Under the pieces are notes generated by a model. It was not told the DNA's origin. It saw nothing but the letters and a program-made list of their open reading frames with translations, and made no database searches. The translations under genes were made by a program, and so were the position numbers. From positions 44,206,001 through 44,270,000 of the forward strand of contig OX597824.1 of NCBI GenBank assembly GCA_951406725.2: 64,000 nucleotides of DNA, given 5' to 3'. Numbering within the stretch: the stretch's first letter is position 1; every line of letters starts with the position of its first letter. This document shows positions 38,260 through 52,026 of this stretch, piece after piece. The stretch is from Octopus vulgaris. Its lineage: Eukaryota.

Positions 38260-38541
38260 TATATATACATACATACATATGTATTATAGATATATGACAC
38301 GCTGTTATGTGATCGTGATAGATATGCAAAAAATAAACGTGTCTAAATACAGTGAATATATATCAACTAGATAGAGATAGTACATAGCACACACACACAC
38401 AATATTTCGTTTCACAAATAATTTCCAAACGTAGAGAATCATTTGAAATAGATTATAAAATATACATCAATAGGAGTGTGTATGTTTCTTGAAATCAGAA
38501 ATATTAAGTATTAAAATGTATGTGTACGTCATGCGTGCGCA

Positions 38542-38590
<49 letters not shown>

Positions 38591-39067
38591 TGATATCTGT
38601 ATGTATATATAATCGAATGTGTATTCTTTGCGATTGTCTATAAGCATATAAAATCGTTTGTGTGCTATTCGTACATAATTTCATCATATATTCGGTACTT
38701 ATATAAAATCTGAAATCTATGTCATTAAAAGAGCATGTATGTGTGTTCATATATATGTGTTTAATCACCTACATAAAACAAAATCTCTCAATGAGCAAGT
38801 GCACCAACCATGCATTATACATAGATACACGCATCTGTGGAGTAAAAAGATATTTATGTATGTAAAAGTTTCATGTTAATCTGTGTATATGAGTAAGCGT
38901 ATGCGTAGAAAAATATATATAAAAAGATGTATTTGCGTGCGTCTAAGTACATGTGCATATATATGTGTGTGTGTATATATAATCTGTTTGTGATTGTGAG
39001 TATATAATAGAATGGCATTATTATTATTATTACTAATTTTATTATATATATTGTAGATATTACTTAC

Positions 39068-39124
39068 ATGATGATCAACTGACACCGACTCGTGTACCGT
39101 CTGTAAAAGGGGTCTGGTAGACAT
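39068..39124 (-). CDS. Candidate first coding exon, MSTRPLLQTVHESVSVDHH; product unidentified
   Basis: caacATG context, 19 non-repetitive codons, then consensus donor GTAAGT in phase 0; lies about 1 kb from the CpG-rich island. Confidence 0.5.
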
Positions 39125-39949
39125 GTTGAATAGCTAATATATTACACACACACATACACTCATACAAACACACACACACTGTGTGAGTGCGAGCAAATTT
39201 ACACACAACAGAATCAGGTATTTCCACACCAGACACCTATCTCTTTCTTTTATCAACACATAAATGGCCAGTTTACAATATTAAAAATTAAAAAAATAAA
39301 TAACCACACACTCAACCCTCCACCTTTTCTTTTTTTTAAGCTTGGTATTTGTGGCGGAAAAGGAAGGGGTGATGGTTATTATTATTATTTCTTTTTTTTT
39401 TCTTTCTCCCCTTTCTTTGGGGGAAATTGGTTGGATTGTTTATTGTTTTATATACATATAATACATGCGGTATATATGTATGTATACGACATACACATCG
39501 GTATATATATATATATAGCCTTTATAGATTAAATTGATAATGATCCGAAACGTTAACGAGAAGGGTTCGTGGTGTTGGTGTAAATTTGTCCTTCTTGCTG
39601 TTGTTCTTGAATGGAGATGGTTTTCTCTACTTTTTTTTTTCTGGTTTGGTTTCTGTAAATTTTATATTATCCAGCAAATAGTATCACCAGTGGTTCTGTT
39701 AGATATTCCTTCTGAGGAGAAGGAAATAGGTCAGTGAAAGAAGCTCGGTCCAGTAGGTGTGGACTGAGGTACAGTGTGCTAGAGGAAGGCATTTAGCTGT
39801 TTAGAAAGAAAATGCAACCTTCTCCGTGATTCAAGAAAAAATAATAATTATTATTACTATTATTACACACACATATATATAGCTGACGCATATATATATG
39901 TGTGTATATTATTTATCTGCGTGTGTATATATAATCCCTCACGGAGTTT

Positions 39950-40600
39950 GTAGGGGGAATTTCATCTCAGCGTTTCTCAAAGAATCTAGAGGGAAATGTC
40001 GGCCTTTCCTCCATTACTCCTGGAATCTGTCAGCGAATAAATTGCAAATCCCACTTCATCATGCGATGCGATCCGCGTAAGCCTCCGCTTCAATTGAACG
40101 TCTGTGTATGTGTGGGAAACTATGTGTGTGTACGTCGGTAACGCACTTGACTCTGTAAGCGTGCGTGCGAGTTCGGGTGTGTACGTATATGTATGTATGA
40201 ATGTGACGTTGTCGTCGTACTTTCTCTGCACGACAGTGTAAATGTATGTGAGTATGTATGTGTGTATGTATGAATGTGTTTGTGCGGTATCAGTGTGTGT
40301 CTGTATGCGTGCGGTGGTAATCTTTTCTCAAGGCGAACGCGTCGAGCCAAAATGGCGGCTAAAGTTAGCTTGCTAGTTTCGTGTGTAATCTGAGAAGTAA
40401 CGTCTTTGATTGGTTGCTGCTGCACTAATATGACATCATCAATGAAACAGCACAGCAGCTGTGTAGCAGTCGCTCTTTCGCTTCACTTACGAACTCGGCA
40501 TAGTTTTGGACTGACGAGATACTGATAACTCGCTAGTCGTCAGACATGCTAGTTGGATTTTTTAGCCCACAATCATTTCTATAATTTGTCGTTTATTTTA
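39950..40600. promoter_or_regulatory. CpG-rich promoter-like island
   Basis: Transposon-free and CpG-retaining; YY1-type CAAAATGGCGGC at 40348-40359, inverted CCAAT at 40409-40413, CRE-like TGACATCA at 40431-40438; strong - strand acceptor 'ttttctttctaaacag' near 39798. Confidence 0.6.
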
Positions 40601-40881
40601 TATTCGACATTTTATGCTACTATGGATATTTTGTTCACTCTATTCAGAATCAATGGCATCAATCATTTATTTGTGTATAGTATATATAAATGATTATAAA
40701 GATACTTTTATACATACCTCTGTGTATGTATTTATACGTTTAGTGTATTTATTTATATACGTGTGCGTAAGATTTTTTTTTAGTCATTACAATCATTGAT
40801 ACACTAATTTCTAGTAATTATGGTTTATGGGTAGAACTATGAGAAAAAATGATGAAACGTCGTTTCACGAGGAGATTTTGC

Positions 40882-40913
<32 letters not shown>

Positions 40914-42696
40914 CGTATATGGTTTGATATTGAGATAGTAGAAAGGAAACGGTTAGTTTTAAAACGTGCAAAGAGAACCTGATAGAAATATGGGAAGTGT
41001 AAAAGAGAAGAGAAAAAAATATGTAAATGGCGGCAGGAAATTGAAAGATAACGTGAAGTAGACGACCAGGAAATAAAAGATACTGGGAGGGAATTATAGT
41101 GAAAGAGAGAAAAATATATACGAAAGGATAAAGAATAGAAGTTAATGTTTATTTAGGGTGTCGGTGGTGGAAAGGATGACAACCCAGATCGCCAAAAGAC
41201 CGCAAAAGACATATATTGTGTATATATACACATATTTGTATATTATTTCATATATATATAGGTCTGGTGGTGTAAACGGAAATAGAGCTCAAAGCATGAG
41301 TATATATACGCTTTTAATTAATAATCGGTAGAAGTTAGTGACTCAATGACTGAGAGTTTCATACATACATATATATTTGTGTGTGCATCTACGTGTATTT
41401 ACATACGTATATAAATGTATATATATATATATATATAGTTGACTGTGTATATAAATATATATAAGCATACATGTATATATAAACATATGTATGACACTCA
41501 ATATGAGTAACAGTTTATAAAACGCCAAGCAATATATTACTTGTTACGGCATATAACTGGTTAGGTTACCGTCGGTTTCGCGCCGACTGTTGCATTTGGC
41601 AATGTATACAGTATTTATGTGTGTGTATATACGCAAGTATGCGTGTGTATAAGATCAACAAACCAAATAGATACATGAATGGAGGTAGAGCTAGACAAGT
41701 TGTCTGTTATAAACAGAGAGATAAACGGGTGGACGTGCTTCAATTTAGAAAGAAATACTAGATAAGTGGGTGTTGGTGAGAAGTCGGGTAGAAAGAGGGA
41801 GAGTGAAGGAAGAAATATTGATCTAAAAAAGATCATTTGAGAGTAATAAATAGTTTAAAGTAATGTGAAATAATTAGACGAAACCAGTTTAGAAGTGCTT
41901 GTTAAAAGTAACTGTCGTCTCGTGGAAACCAACAGGCGCACCCCAAAATATGGTGCCCTACTGGCTATTAGTGGAAAGAACTACACTGCTGAATAGAACG
42001 CACAAGCGAAAACAGTTGCTCGATTTTCACCGTAACTGAAAGAGAACAAGTCTTCCACAATTATAAGACTTTCATCAATTAAATGCAAACATTTTCATGG
42101 TGAAGTAATACGCGCGAGCACACAAAGACATAACATAAACACACGCACACATATGCATATGTATGTATAAATTTATTTATATGTGCATGTACATACTCAT
42201 GTGCTATGTGTGTGTGTGTATATATATATATCTGTGTGTGTGTGTTTATTTGTGCACATTACATATATGTGTTCGTGTATAAGTGTATGTAAATCCTTGC
42301 ATACTTTAACACATTTAATGAAACATTATTTGTCAATAACTATTCAGTCCTATTTCGTGGCATCATTAGTTTTTAGTGAATTAATATGGAGGATTTCCTA
42401 AAGATTACCGAAGATAGTAAGTTGGCTATACCGTTAAATAAGAAAATTCAGTTTTCTACATAAGGAACCAAAGAATTCTAATGAAGCAGAGAAATAGACA
42501 TTTGGAATGTTGGTGACCTTTACAAAGCAGTTCAAATCGAACATAAACTAAAGAGCTAAACTAAACTTGAGATCTCTACTGTACGGGTGGAATTAGATTA
42601 TCAAAAAATTACGGTAAACAGAATATGACCTCTGGACGTATGAGAGGGGAAGTGTATTCGTCTTTAATATGTCTGTACTTACACACATACATACAT

Positions 42697-42729
<33 letters not shown>

Positions 42730-43757
42730 GTATATGTGTGTGCGTGTGTATTAATATTTGATTAAATGTCAAGTTATGTCTCGAAATAATTTATCATTAA
42801 ACCGAAGGATTACTCAGTATTTTTACAAGGAAAAGTTATAAGTGACTTCGAAGTTATGACTTGCTCGCCTTTATCAGAGTGATTATATGTGTGTGTGTAT
42901 ACATATATATTTAATAGAAATGTGTATAATATATATACACATTTGTATATGTGAATATATCCATATAAATTCATTTATACATATATATACATGCATATAT
43001 ATATATACATGCATACATACGTACATACATACATACATACACACATACATACATACATATATATATATATGCTTACATACATATGCACTGAGAGAAAGAG
43101 AGGGCTACAAAAAATCTACAACGACATCCTATTTACATTCTCGAAGTGTATTTGATAGCTAATATAAAATACATTGACTCACACGTTATGTATATTAGTG
43201 TTCTATTTTTTTTTAAAGCGATTATGGCCATTTTTAATAAGTCAACAGATACGACACTGGTTTGACCATATATTGATTAAATAGCTACTGCCATTCTATT
43301 GATAGCTTAAAAGAAGTTTTATAGATAGATAGATAGATAGATAGCTTAAAAGAAGTTTGATAGATAGATAGATAGATAGATAGATAGTCAGGCAGACAGA
43401 TGGATGGATGGACGGACAGGCAGACAGACAGGTAGGTAGGTAGGTAGATAGATAGAGAGGTAGGCAGGCAGGCGTGAGTGTATGCATCAAATCATTTGCT
43501 TTAGAGTACTTTACTGACTTCAGTGTGATTTGAACTCAGTATATGAAGCAACAAACAAGATATCGTACATCGATAAGTCAGGATCTCTATGTAATCCATT
43601 CACTTCTGTGTGTCTGTGTTTTCACACACATAAAAGTGACGGATAGAATACCAGAGATTTTTTTTTAAATGTACTGGGGTCGATTCATTCAACTAATATC
43701 GTATGCATACACACACACACACATATATATATGTATGTATGTATATATATATATATA

Positions 43758-43889
43758 TATGGGTCAAGGCTACCATGGTTAAGAGAGGAATCCCTTAATA
43801 ATTATCAGCCATGTCACATGGAGCATTGGTGTAAACTGATGTGACAGGCTTGATAATTAGTATGAAACCAATGGTAGCCTTAACCCATA
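43758..43889. mobile_element. Small fold-back with degenerate hammerhead motif (CAUG loop)
   Basis: Right arm AGGC-TTGATAA-ttagtat-GAAAC-caatg-GTA-GCCT (43846-43880); left arm on the - strand has GG-CTGATAA...aacCATGGTAGCC. Confidence 0.5.
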
Positions 43890-44034
43890 CATAAAGAATC
43901 TTTATCTACCAAGGCAGTGTTGAGCACTCATTCTCATTGTTCAATATTAACATTTACACACACACATACATATATATATTTTTTTTTTTCGTGAGATATA
44001 TATATATATTTTTTTTTTTTTTGTAAGAAAATTG

Positions 44035-44690
44035 CTGTGTACAGTGCTTGCGTCCTCAGCACCCTGCTATACGGCAGTGAGACATGGACCGCATACGCCC
44101 ACCAGGAGAAACGGCTTAACACCTTCAACCTCAGAAACCTCAGAAGCATACTCGGTATCAACTGGCAAGACAAAGTAACCAATACTGACGTTCTGTCTCG
44201 TGTTGACCTTCCCACCATGCTCACCTTGCTAAGACAATGTTGGCTGCACTGGCTTGTCCATGTTCGCCGTATGGAGGATGGTTGGATCCCAAAGGATGTC
44301 CTCATCAGAGAGCTTGTCGCTGGGCGGAGAAACATTGGCCACCCAAAGCTGAGGTACAGGGACGTGTGCAGGAGGGATATGAAGGCACTTGGCATCAACA
44401 CCAATTCCTGGGAGGATCTCGCAGCTGACCGAACCAGTTGGAGAGGCACTATTCACAAACAACTGCAGACCGGCAAAGAGAATTTGAGGGTAGCAGCAGC
44501 TGAAAACCAAGCCTGCAGAAAAAAAATGACAGCCAACAGACTGGATTCAACGTATAGGTGTGACCTCTGCAAATGAGACTGCCACTCTTGCATCGTTCTC
44601 TACAGCCACAATAGGCATTACAAAAACTGAATAGACAACTCAACAGACCGACGACATCATCCATGGTCAGCCATGACCAACGGAGGCCCT
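44035..44690 (+). pseudogene. 5'-truncated RTE-BovB-like LINE
   Basis: YSACVLSTLLYGSETW..LRSILGINWQDKVTN..WLVHVRRMEDGWIPK..G.PKLRYRD; ends YRCDLC. Confidence 0.92.
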
Positions 44691-45246
44691 TATATATATA
44701 TATGTGTGTGTGTGTATATAAACACACACACACACACACACATATGTAATGAATAGCTTAGATTCTAAGCCAAAATTTGAGATCCAATCTACATTTTTCT
44801 ACATGCGCTCTTCCAATTGTTCTTGGCTTTTGCAAGTAAAAATTTATGAGAGTCAACTGTCACAGTCAAGTTCTGTTGTTTAAGTTAACATTCCTAGGTC
44901 AAATAGTGTTTAGAAAGATAGCCTGACCTAATCTAGTTAGAAAAAATATAAATACAGAACCCAAAATCGGTTCTATTTCTCTGATCACTTGGCTCCTAGC
45001 TAAAAAGCATCTATCTTCACTTATGGATTGTTATCACACATCAATACAATTTTCACCCTATCTACTTGTCAGCCTTGAGAGGTAGATACTTTTACTCTTT
45101 CTCTCTCTCTTCTTTCCATCAGTCTTCAAGCCATCAACAAAATATGGATTTAACTACCTATAGACTGGATAACAGAACAGCAAATAATTTGTGTATAACA
45201 ACTTAAATGAAAATAAAGGGCCATTTCAATTAATGATAATATTTTT

Positions 45247-45530
45247 CTTACAGTTCTATTTAAGAGATGAGGAATTATGTACATTATTTACATTGTTTAC
45301 ATTCAACGGATATTTGTCCTCATCTTGTTTGTTGTTAACACAATGTTTTGGCTGATATACCCTCCAGCCTTCTTCAGGTGTCTTGGGGAAATTTTGAACC
45401 TACGTTCAAAATTTAAATACCTTAGGAATGAGAACACAGGTTCGAAATTTCCCCAAGACACCTGAGGGTGGAGGGTATATCAGCCAAAACGTATTAACAA
45501 CAAATATTCATCAAATGTAAATAATGAATA
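45247..45530. mobile_element. Fold-back element with minimal Penelope-type hammerhead motif
   Basis: - strand 45382-45337: GACAC-CTGAAGA-A-GGCTG..CAGCC-aAAAC-aTT-GTGTT (CpG-decayed GAAACGTT); inverted arm at ~45438-45530; a fragment of the same family is at ~49805-49845. Confidence 0.7.
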
Positions 45531-46560
45531 TTTTTCTTCCTATCATTTATTCAGAGCATAGAATCCTTAAGTATTTATTATCATCATTATTTATGATCTA
45601 ACCCATTCCAGTCTGATGTGTACAAAGACTACATGATGCTTCAGTGTTTGCATTAGCATGGTTTCTACACTTGGTGCCTTTCCTAACACCAATTACGTTA
45701 TAGCATGTAGTGGGTGCTTTTTTCATGGCACCAGCATTAGTGAGGTCACCATGCAGGCTGCAAGACTAAAATTTCCATCCACCGAGCAATACTACAGCAG
45801 ATAGCTTTATGATAGGGGATGAAGGGGTTTTGTGTGAGAGGTGGGGCCAGAATAGAACAAGTTTCTTGCCATAGAGGAGCTACCTGGTTACACATACTAT
45901 GGGGCTAGTGTGGGAGGTGCAAAGTTAGAGCTGGAAAGAAATAAAAATAGGAGCGATGATATGTCGGAGTGGATCTTCAAGATAAGAAGTGAGTAGGGAC
46001 AGGAGAACAGAAAGTGTGGGTGATTAGATTTTGCAAGAGTGTATAGAGAGTGAGAGTCAATTAGAGATAGGTAATGGATGAGAGGGTAAATATAATGAAG
46101 AACAAGGAATGAGGGATGATAAGTAGGGAAGAAGGAAGATGAAACAGGAAAGGAAGAACACTGGGCCATGGAAAATCTGCCTTAAATTACATCTGACCTA
46201 TGTCTGCAAGGGAAAGTGCATGTTAAGAGGACGATGATGGTATGGTGGTGCTTTATCTATGAATAGATATGTGAACACATACATGCAAAAGAAGGTAGAT
46301 GAAATGGTACTTGAATGTTTGATTATTTGCTAAATAACGCTTATTACATTGTTTAATACCATTTAAGATCTATTTCATTGTTCGTAACATTCACATCTCT
46401 CTGACGGTTGATTACATGAAATTCAGAGTAGCAGTTTGTGAAATTTTATAAGCTTTATTGAAGCACTACATGTCAGTGTTCCTGTGTGGGTGTGTGTGAG
46501 TACAAATAGTTATATAGGCATGTGTATGTATATATGTACATGTGTGTGTATGTGTGTACG

Positions 46561-46710
46561 GGCATGGCTGTGTGGTTAGGGAGCTTGCTTCCTAGCTACA
46601 TGGTTTCCAGTTCAGTCCCACTGCGTGGCACTTTGGGTAGGTGTCTTCCGCTATAGCCCCGAGCCGACCGGAGCTTTGTGATTGAATTCGGTAGGCGGAA
46701 GTTACTGCCG
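46561..46710 (+). mobile_element. SINE 5' half
   Basis: Homologous to 22180-22335. Confidence 0.7.
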
Positions 46711-47301
46711 TGTGTGTATGTGTGCATATAGCTGCTCAGTGCCTCTCCGAAAGAGAGAGAGGGATATGCACATACATGTGTGTGTGTGTCATTATCTTCA
46801 TTTTAACAATCACCTTTCCATTTTGTTGATTTGTTGTGGTAGATTTTCAAAAGCTGGATGTTCTTCCTTATACTATTCCTCACCTGTTTCCAATCAAGGT
46901 GACAGGTCAGATATATTTACATGGAAACAACACTGCTGGTAAATCAAAGGTGCTCATATTGCACAATATGAAGACAAGGAGACTCAAACATATTCATGCA
47001 TACACACACACATATATACATGATGAGCATTTTCATGTTTCCACATCCACTCACAAGGCTATAGCAGAGGAAACTTACCCAAAATGCCATGCAATGAGAC
47101 TAAACATAAAACCAAAAACCTTTGGTTGCAAAGTGAACTTATTAACTTCACTACCATACCTACCTATGTCACACACACACACACACACAAAGCATAAGCA
47201 TACTAAGTCCTAACAACTGGTCATTAGTATCCCTTTGCCTAAGTGAAATTGTAATATGTATATATTTATACACACACACACATATATGTATGTATATGTA
47301 T

Positions 47302-47720
47302 AGGTGCAGGTGTGACCGTGTGGTACAAAGCTTGTTTCCCTACCATATGGCTCTGGGTTCAGTCCCACTGCATGGCACCTTGGGCAAGTGTCTTCTACTA
47401 TAGCCTTGGGTTGACCAAAGCTTTGTGAGTGGATTTGGTAGACAGAAACTGAAAGAAACTTGTAATATCTATCTATCTATCTCCTTCTGTGTGTGTGTGT
47501 GTAAATCTTTGTGTCTTGGTTATCTCCCAGTACTGCTTGACAATTAATGTTGGTGTGTTTATGTCCCTGTAACCTAGCAGTTCGGCAAAAGGGACTGATA
47601 GAATAAGTACCAGGCGTCACAAAAAATAAGTCCTGGGGTTGATTCATTTGACTAAAAATTCTTTAAGGCAGTACTCCACCTTCGCTGCAGTTTAATGACT
47701 GAAACAAGTAAAAGATAAAA
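47302..47720 (+). mobile_element. Full-length tRNA-derived SINE
   Basis: Colinear with 22163-22586. Confidence 0.82.
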
Positions 47721-47840
47721 GATATCTATCTATCTATATACACGCACGCATGAGCACACACACATGCACAGATGGATTTCATTGTCTGTCAATCAACCAA
47801 ATCCACTCCTCAAAACTTTGGTCAGCCCAGGGCTCAAGTA

Positions 47841-49127
47841 TTAGTTTGTCAAGAAAGTTCTTGCAGAATTTTAAATTTTGGTTTTAAATGATATACTTTC
47901 AAATTAATTTTCGTTGAATTACTTTGACTTTATATATCATTTTAAAGCCTGTTTTTTTGCTCTATCTAATTGTGTTAGTCTTTTACTTTTTGAATAATTA
48001 GGCCATTTTTTCCACAACGTTGAATACAACATGGACAAAAAGCAAATTCACACAATTTTCTTATTCCAGTTCAAGCTAGGCCGTAAAGCTGCTGAAACAG
48101 CTCACGATATCAATGATGCATTTGGCCCAGGAACCACTAATAAACGTACAGCACAATGGTGGTTCAAGAAATTTTGTAGCAGTGACGAGAGTCTTGAAGA
48201 TGATACACGTAGTGGTTGGTCATCGGATGTTGACAACAATCAACTAAGAGCCTTAGTGGAAGCCAATCCATGCACAACTGTTCGAGAGCTTGCTTCTGAA
48301 TTAGACATAACGTATACAACAATTTCCAACCACTTGAAAGAGATTGGAAAAATAAAAATACTTGAGAAATGGGTGCTGCATGAATTGAACGACAACTAAA
48401 AAAAACACCATTTTGAAGTGTCATCTTCCCTTCTTTTATGCAACAAGAATGACTCATTTCTCAACTGGATTGTGACTTACAATGAGAAGTGGATTCTTTA
48501 CGACAACTGGTGACACTCAGCTCAGTGGTTGGATGCCGAGGAAGCTCCACAGTACTTCTTGATATCAAAGTTGCACCAAAAGAAGGTCATGGTGACTGTT
48601 TGGTGGTCTGCAGCCGGTCTCACCTATTACAGCTTTTTGGATCCAGGCGAAACCATTACAGCGGAGAAGTACTGTCAGAAAATGGATGAAATGCATAAGA
48701 AACTCCGACAACAACAGCCAGCATTGGTCAATAGAAAAGGACCAATTCTTCTCCACAACAACGCTTGGCCGCACATCGCACAACTGACCCTGCAGAAGTT
48801 GAACGAATTGGGCTACGAAACTCTGCCTCATCCGCCATACTCACCAGACCTCTCACCTACCGACTACCACTTTTTCAAGCATCTCAATAACTTCCTGCGT
48901 GAGAAATGCTTAAAAAACCAAGACGATGCCAAACACGCCTTCAACAACTTCATCACTACCAGAACGCAGGACTTTTATGCTACTGGCATAAATAAACTTG
49001 TTTCGCGTTGGCAAAAGTGTGTTGATTCTAATGGTGTTTATTTCGATTAATAAAGTTTTGTTTGAGTCGAGATATGTGCATCTGAATTTAAAGGTTAAAA
49101 ACCGCAAGAACTTTCTTGACAGCCTAA
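47841..49127 (+). mobile_element. Full-length (1287 bp) inactive mariner transposon
   Basis: TIRs ttagtttgtcaagaaagttcttgc / gcaagaactttcttgacagcctaa; TA on the left flank. Confidence 0.93.
48031..49050 (+). pseudogene. mariner (DD34D) transposase pseudogene
   Basis: WVLHEL, VTYNEKW, LLHNNAWPH, HPPYSPDLSPTDYHFF, RWQKCVDSNG.YFD; internal stops. Confidence 0.95.
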
Positions 49128-50945
49128 TGGATGTTGAAAGTGCTGCAAAGTGGGACTGAACTCATAACCATTTGGTAGCAAAGTGAACTTCTTAACCACA
49201 CACACACACTTTGCACTTCTGTTGCAACATGTTTAATCCTATTGTGTGGCATCTTGGGCAAGTAGTTTTGTACTTGTGGGTGAAATTAAGTTGACTTAAA
49301 TAGTACAGAAGCTTGTCAAATAGATGGAGATGGCATGCATGTTGATATAAAAGAAATTGGGCTCTAATGATTATTGGTCACCTCTCTTGTTCACTGTTTG
49401 ATAGCTAGATGTATGTGAAATGGCTGTAGATAATCTGAAGGAATGGTTGGTGAGGATGGTGGTGGCATGTATAAGTTTATTGAAATCCTGCATCTCTATG
49501 TGGTGTTGTTTCTCAGTAGTTTATGAATGTCATTTGTTATATTTATATATTAGGTTTTTATATATGTTATGAAAGTACTATCATTGTGAGATGGCCTGCC
49601 TTGTCTGATTTGAGTATAATTGTTATATTGTGACAGTTTTGTCTTTTGCTAATAAGAATGCTACATGATAAAATTTAATTCTATGAAGGTATGATGAGTA
49701 TGTCTGCTAATACATAAATAAAAAAATTCCAGGCAATTTTTATACGATAAAGAAATATTAGGTAAAACTATTCACAAATAACTGCGAGTACATCAAAGAA
49801 AAACTTACAGTTCTATATTTAAGAGATGAGGAATTATATACATAATGTAAAGAAAAACTTTGCATAATCACTTATTTTTAATGAAAATAATTGAATATAA
49901 GCAAGAGAGAGAGAGAGATAGAGAGAGACAGACAGAGACAGACAGACAGGGAAAGAGAGAGAGAGAGCATTACAAAGAAGGAAAAGGAAAGTGTGTTCAG
50001 GGAAAAATACAAAAAATATCAAATGAAAAAACAAGGGAAGGAGCCCAATGAGAGAGAAAAGACAAAGACAAAGGAAAGATGTTAAAAAAAAGAAAATGAT
50101 GGAGATGAAAATGAGCTATATAGAAATAGAAAGACTAATAGGAATAGAGGCAGTAAACAAGGAGGAGATAGAAAGTGACACAGACAGATAGACAGACATC
50201 ATTGCAAGGAAACAGTAAAAGAAAGGAGATAAAATGTAACATGTTAAAAAAACATACATCAAAATGAATAAAAATTAGTTTTCTGCTTAGTGTGTGGTTG
50301 AAATTTTCAATAAATATATAAGAAAACCACATTTTGATAAAAATGTATTAGAATTGAAATTTTGTAGACTGTAGAATTTAATAATTGTTTTTTTTAAGTA
50401 AAAGATTACATACTTAAAACTAATTAATAAGCAGCTTTCTTTATTAAAACACGCACACGCACATATGTACTCTATTATGTATGTAGATAGATAAATAAAT
50501 TGATATACAAACAGATAAATAGCTAGACAGATATGGAAGTATGGTTGAACAATGAATCATATCTGATTCTAATTACTGTGTTGGGTATTATGTCTCTAGC
50601 CAAGACATGTAACTCTCAAATAGCTCTGTACTTGCTGAAAATGTATTTTGAAGTGTAAAGAATAATTCTTGCTTTGGGAAATGGCAGGATTTCTTTATTA
50701 ACAAGTGGTATTCAATTCTGAATTCAACTCTTCTTGTAAGTCTGGAGAAGTCACTCAGCATTCAGCTTAACCCAAGAGTTGCCTGTTTGTATTTATTTTT
50801 TTTTTAATGGTTCTGTCAGAAAAGGAAGGGCAGTGCCATGACCTCTTTTTGTTGTTCTGAGACTGAAGGGAGGAAATGAGGAAGTTATCTTGCTTTATGT
50901 GAGCTGTGTGCGTGTGGTGTGTGTGTGTGTGTGTGTGTGCGCAGG

Positions 50946-51008
50946 ATGGCTGATGAGCAACAGTCCCTTCCTCATTTAACTCATCATACACAGGATATTT
51001 ATCACAAG
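50946..51008 (+). CDS. Candidate first coding exon, MADEQQSLPHLTHHTQDIYHK; product uncertain
   Basis: Strong Kozak context aggATGG, 21 non-repetitive codons, AAG|GTAGAT donor in phase 0. Confidence 0.45.
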
Positions 51009-52026
51009 GTAGATATTCTCCTAATTTATTATGAATTTCCATCAGTCATACAAAAATACATCCTCCTAATGCTAATAAAGTTAATTTATATATGAGTTGT
51101 TGTTTAGCTCCAAGCTAGTTCTAATTGAACAGATGAATGATCAAAATTGTTCTTGTCATGACCACCCTGTTTTTTTCCTTTCCTGACATAATCTGTCTAG
51201 GGTCACATTATCTAATAAGAGGTTAGGATGTGATTTGAAGATTATTTGGCTCATGTTCTTTGCAAGATGTGCAACCATGTAGAGTTTCCTTCTTTGGCTC
51301 ACTTGGTTAATGATGTCAATCTTTGTTTTTCAATGCGTATTCTTGAGTAAGAACTGCAAGCATTTCAGAAACATATTGTCCAACAAGTGTATTTAGTTAT
51401 GATGTCATTATACACATTACAGAAATACAAGTGAAACCCCTTGCCTGTATCTAAATTTGAAAATGCCTGCTGATAAATTTTCTGAAAACCCTTACAAAAA
51501 AGAAGAAAAGAAAAAAAGAACAAAGAATTAAAAATGTAAAATATGGTTTAAGCCTTAAAATCAAAACTGAAGTTTAAGACAAGTTGTATACTTATGAATC
51601 TGTAAAATTAAAGACTTATTACTTTCTTCAACACAGATGCACATCCATGGGTCATAATACCTTTACAATCCCAACTTGGTATAAAATGGTCTAGCCCTTT
51701 CGCATTCAGATTACTTTGTCAAAATACTTATTTATTCACATTGTTTTGAATTAATCATGCATTTTCTTGTAGCTTCAAGATTTCAATGATATGAGCATTT
51801 TACTTTTAGAATGACATTGTCAGGAAGGTGAGAAGCCAGATCTGGCTAGTTTGAACATAAAACAAGTAGAATATTTGGGCTGGATATGGCCTATTTAAAT
51901 ACTAAAGGATTAAGTCATTAAAATCATCATTCACCCTTTTATTCCAGGATCATCATATCATTTCACTCTGCTCTGTAAATTTTCAAGCCTTTATCCACAT
52001 CTTACTTTGCTCGACTGATATGATAA

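Noticed and set aside
40353-40393. Coding start at ATGGCGGCT
   Set aside because: Stops after 13 codons and has only a weak GTTAGC donor; better explained as a YY1-type motif
49360-49432. Additional hammerhead (CTAATGA...GAAATGGCTGTA)
   Set aside because: Core G5 altered, stem I does not pair and stem II is weak; possibly a very old copy but not supportable
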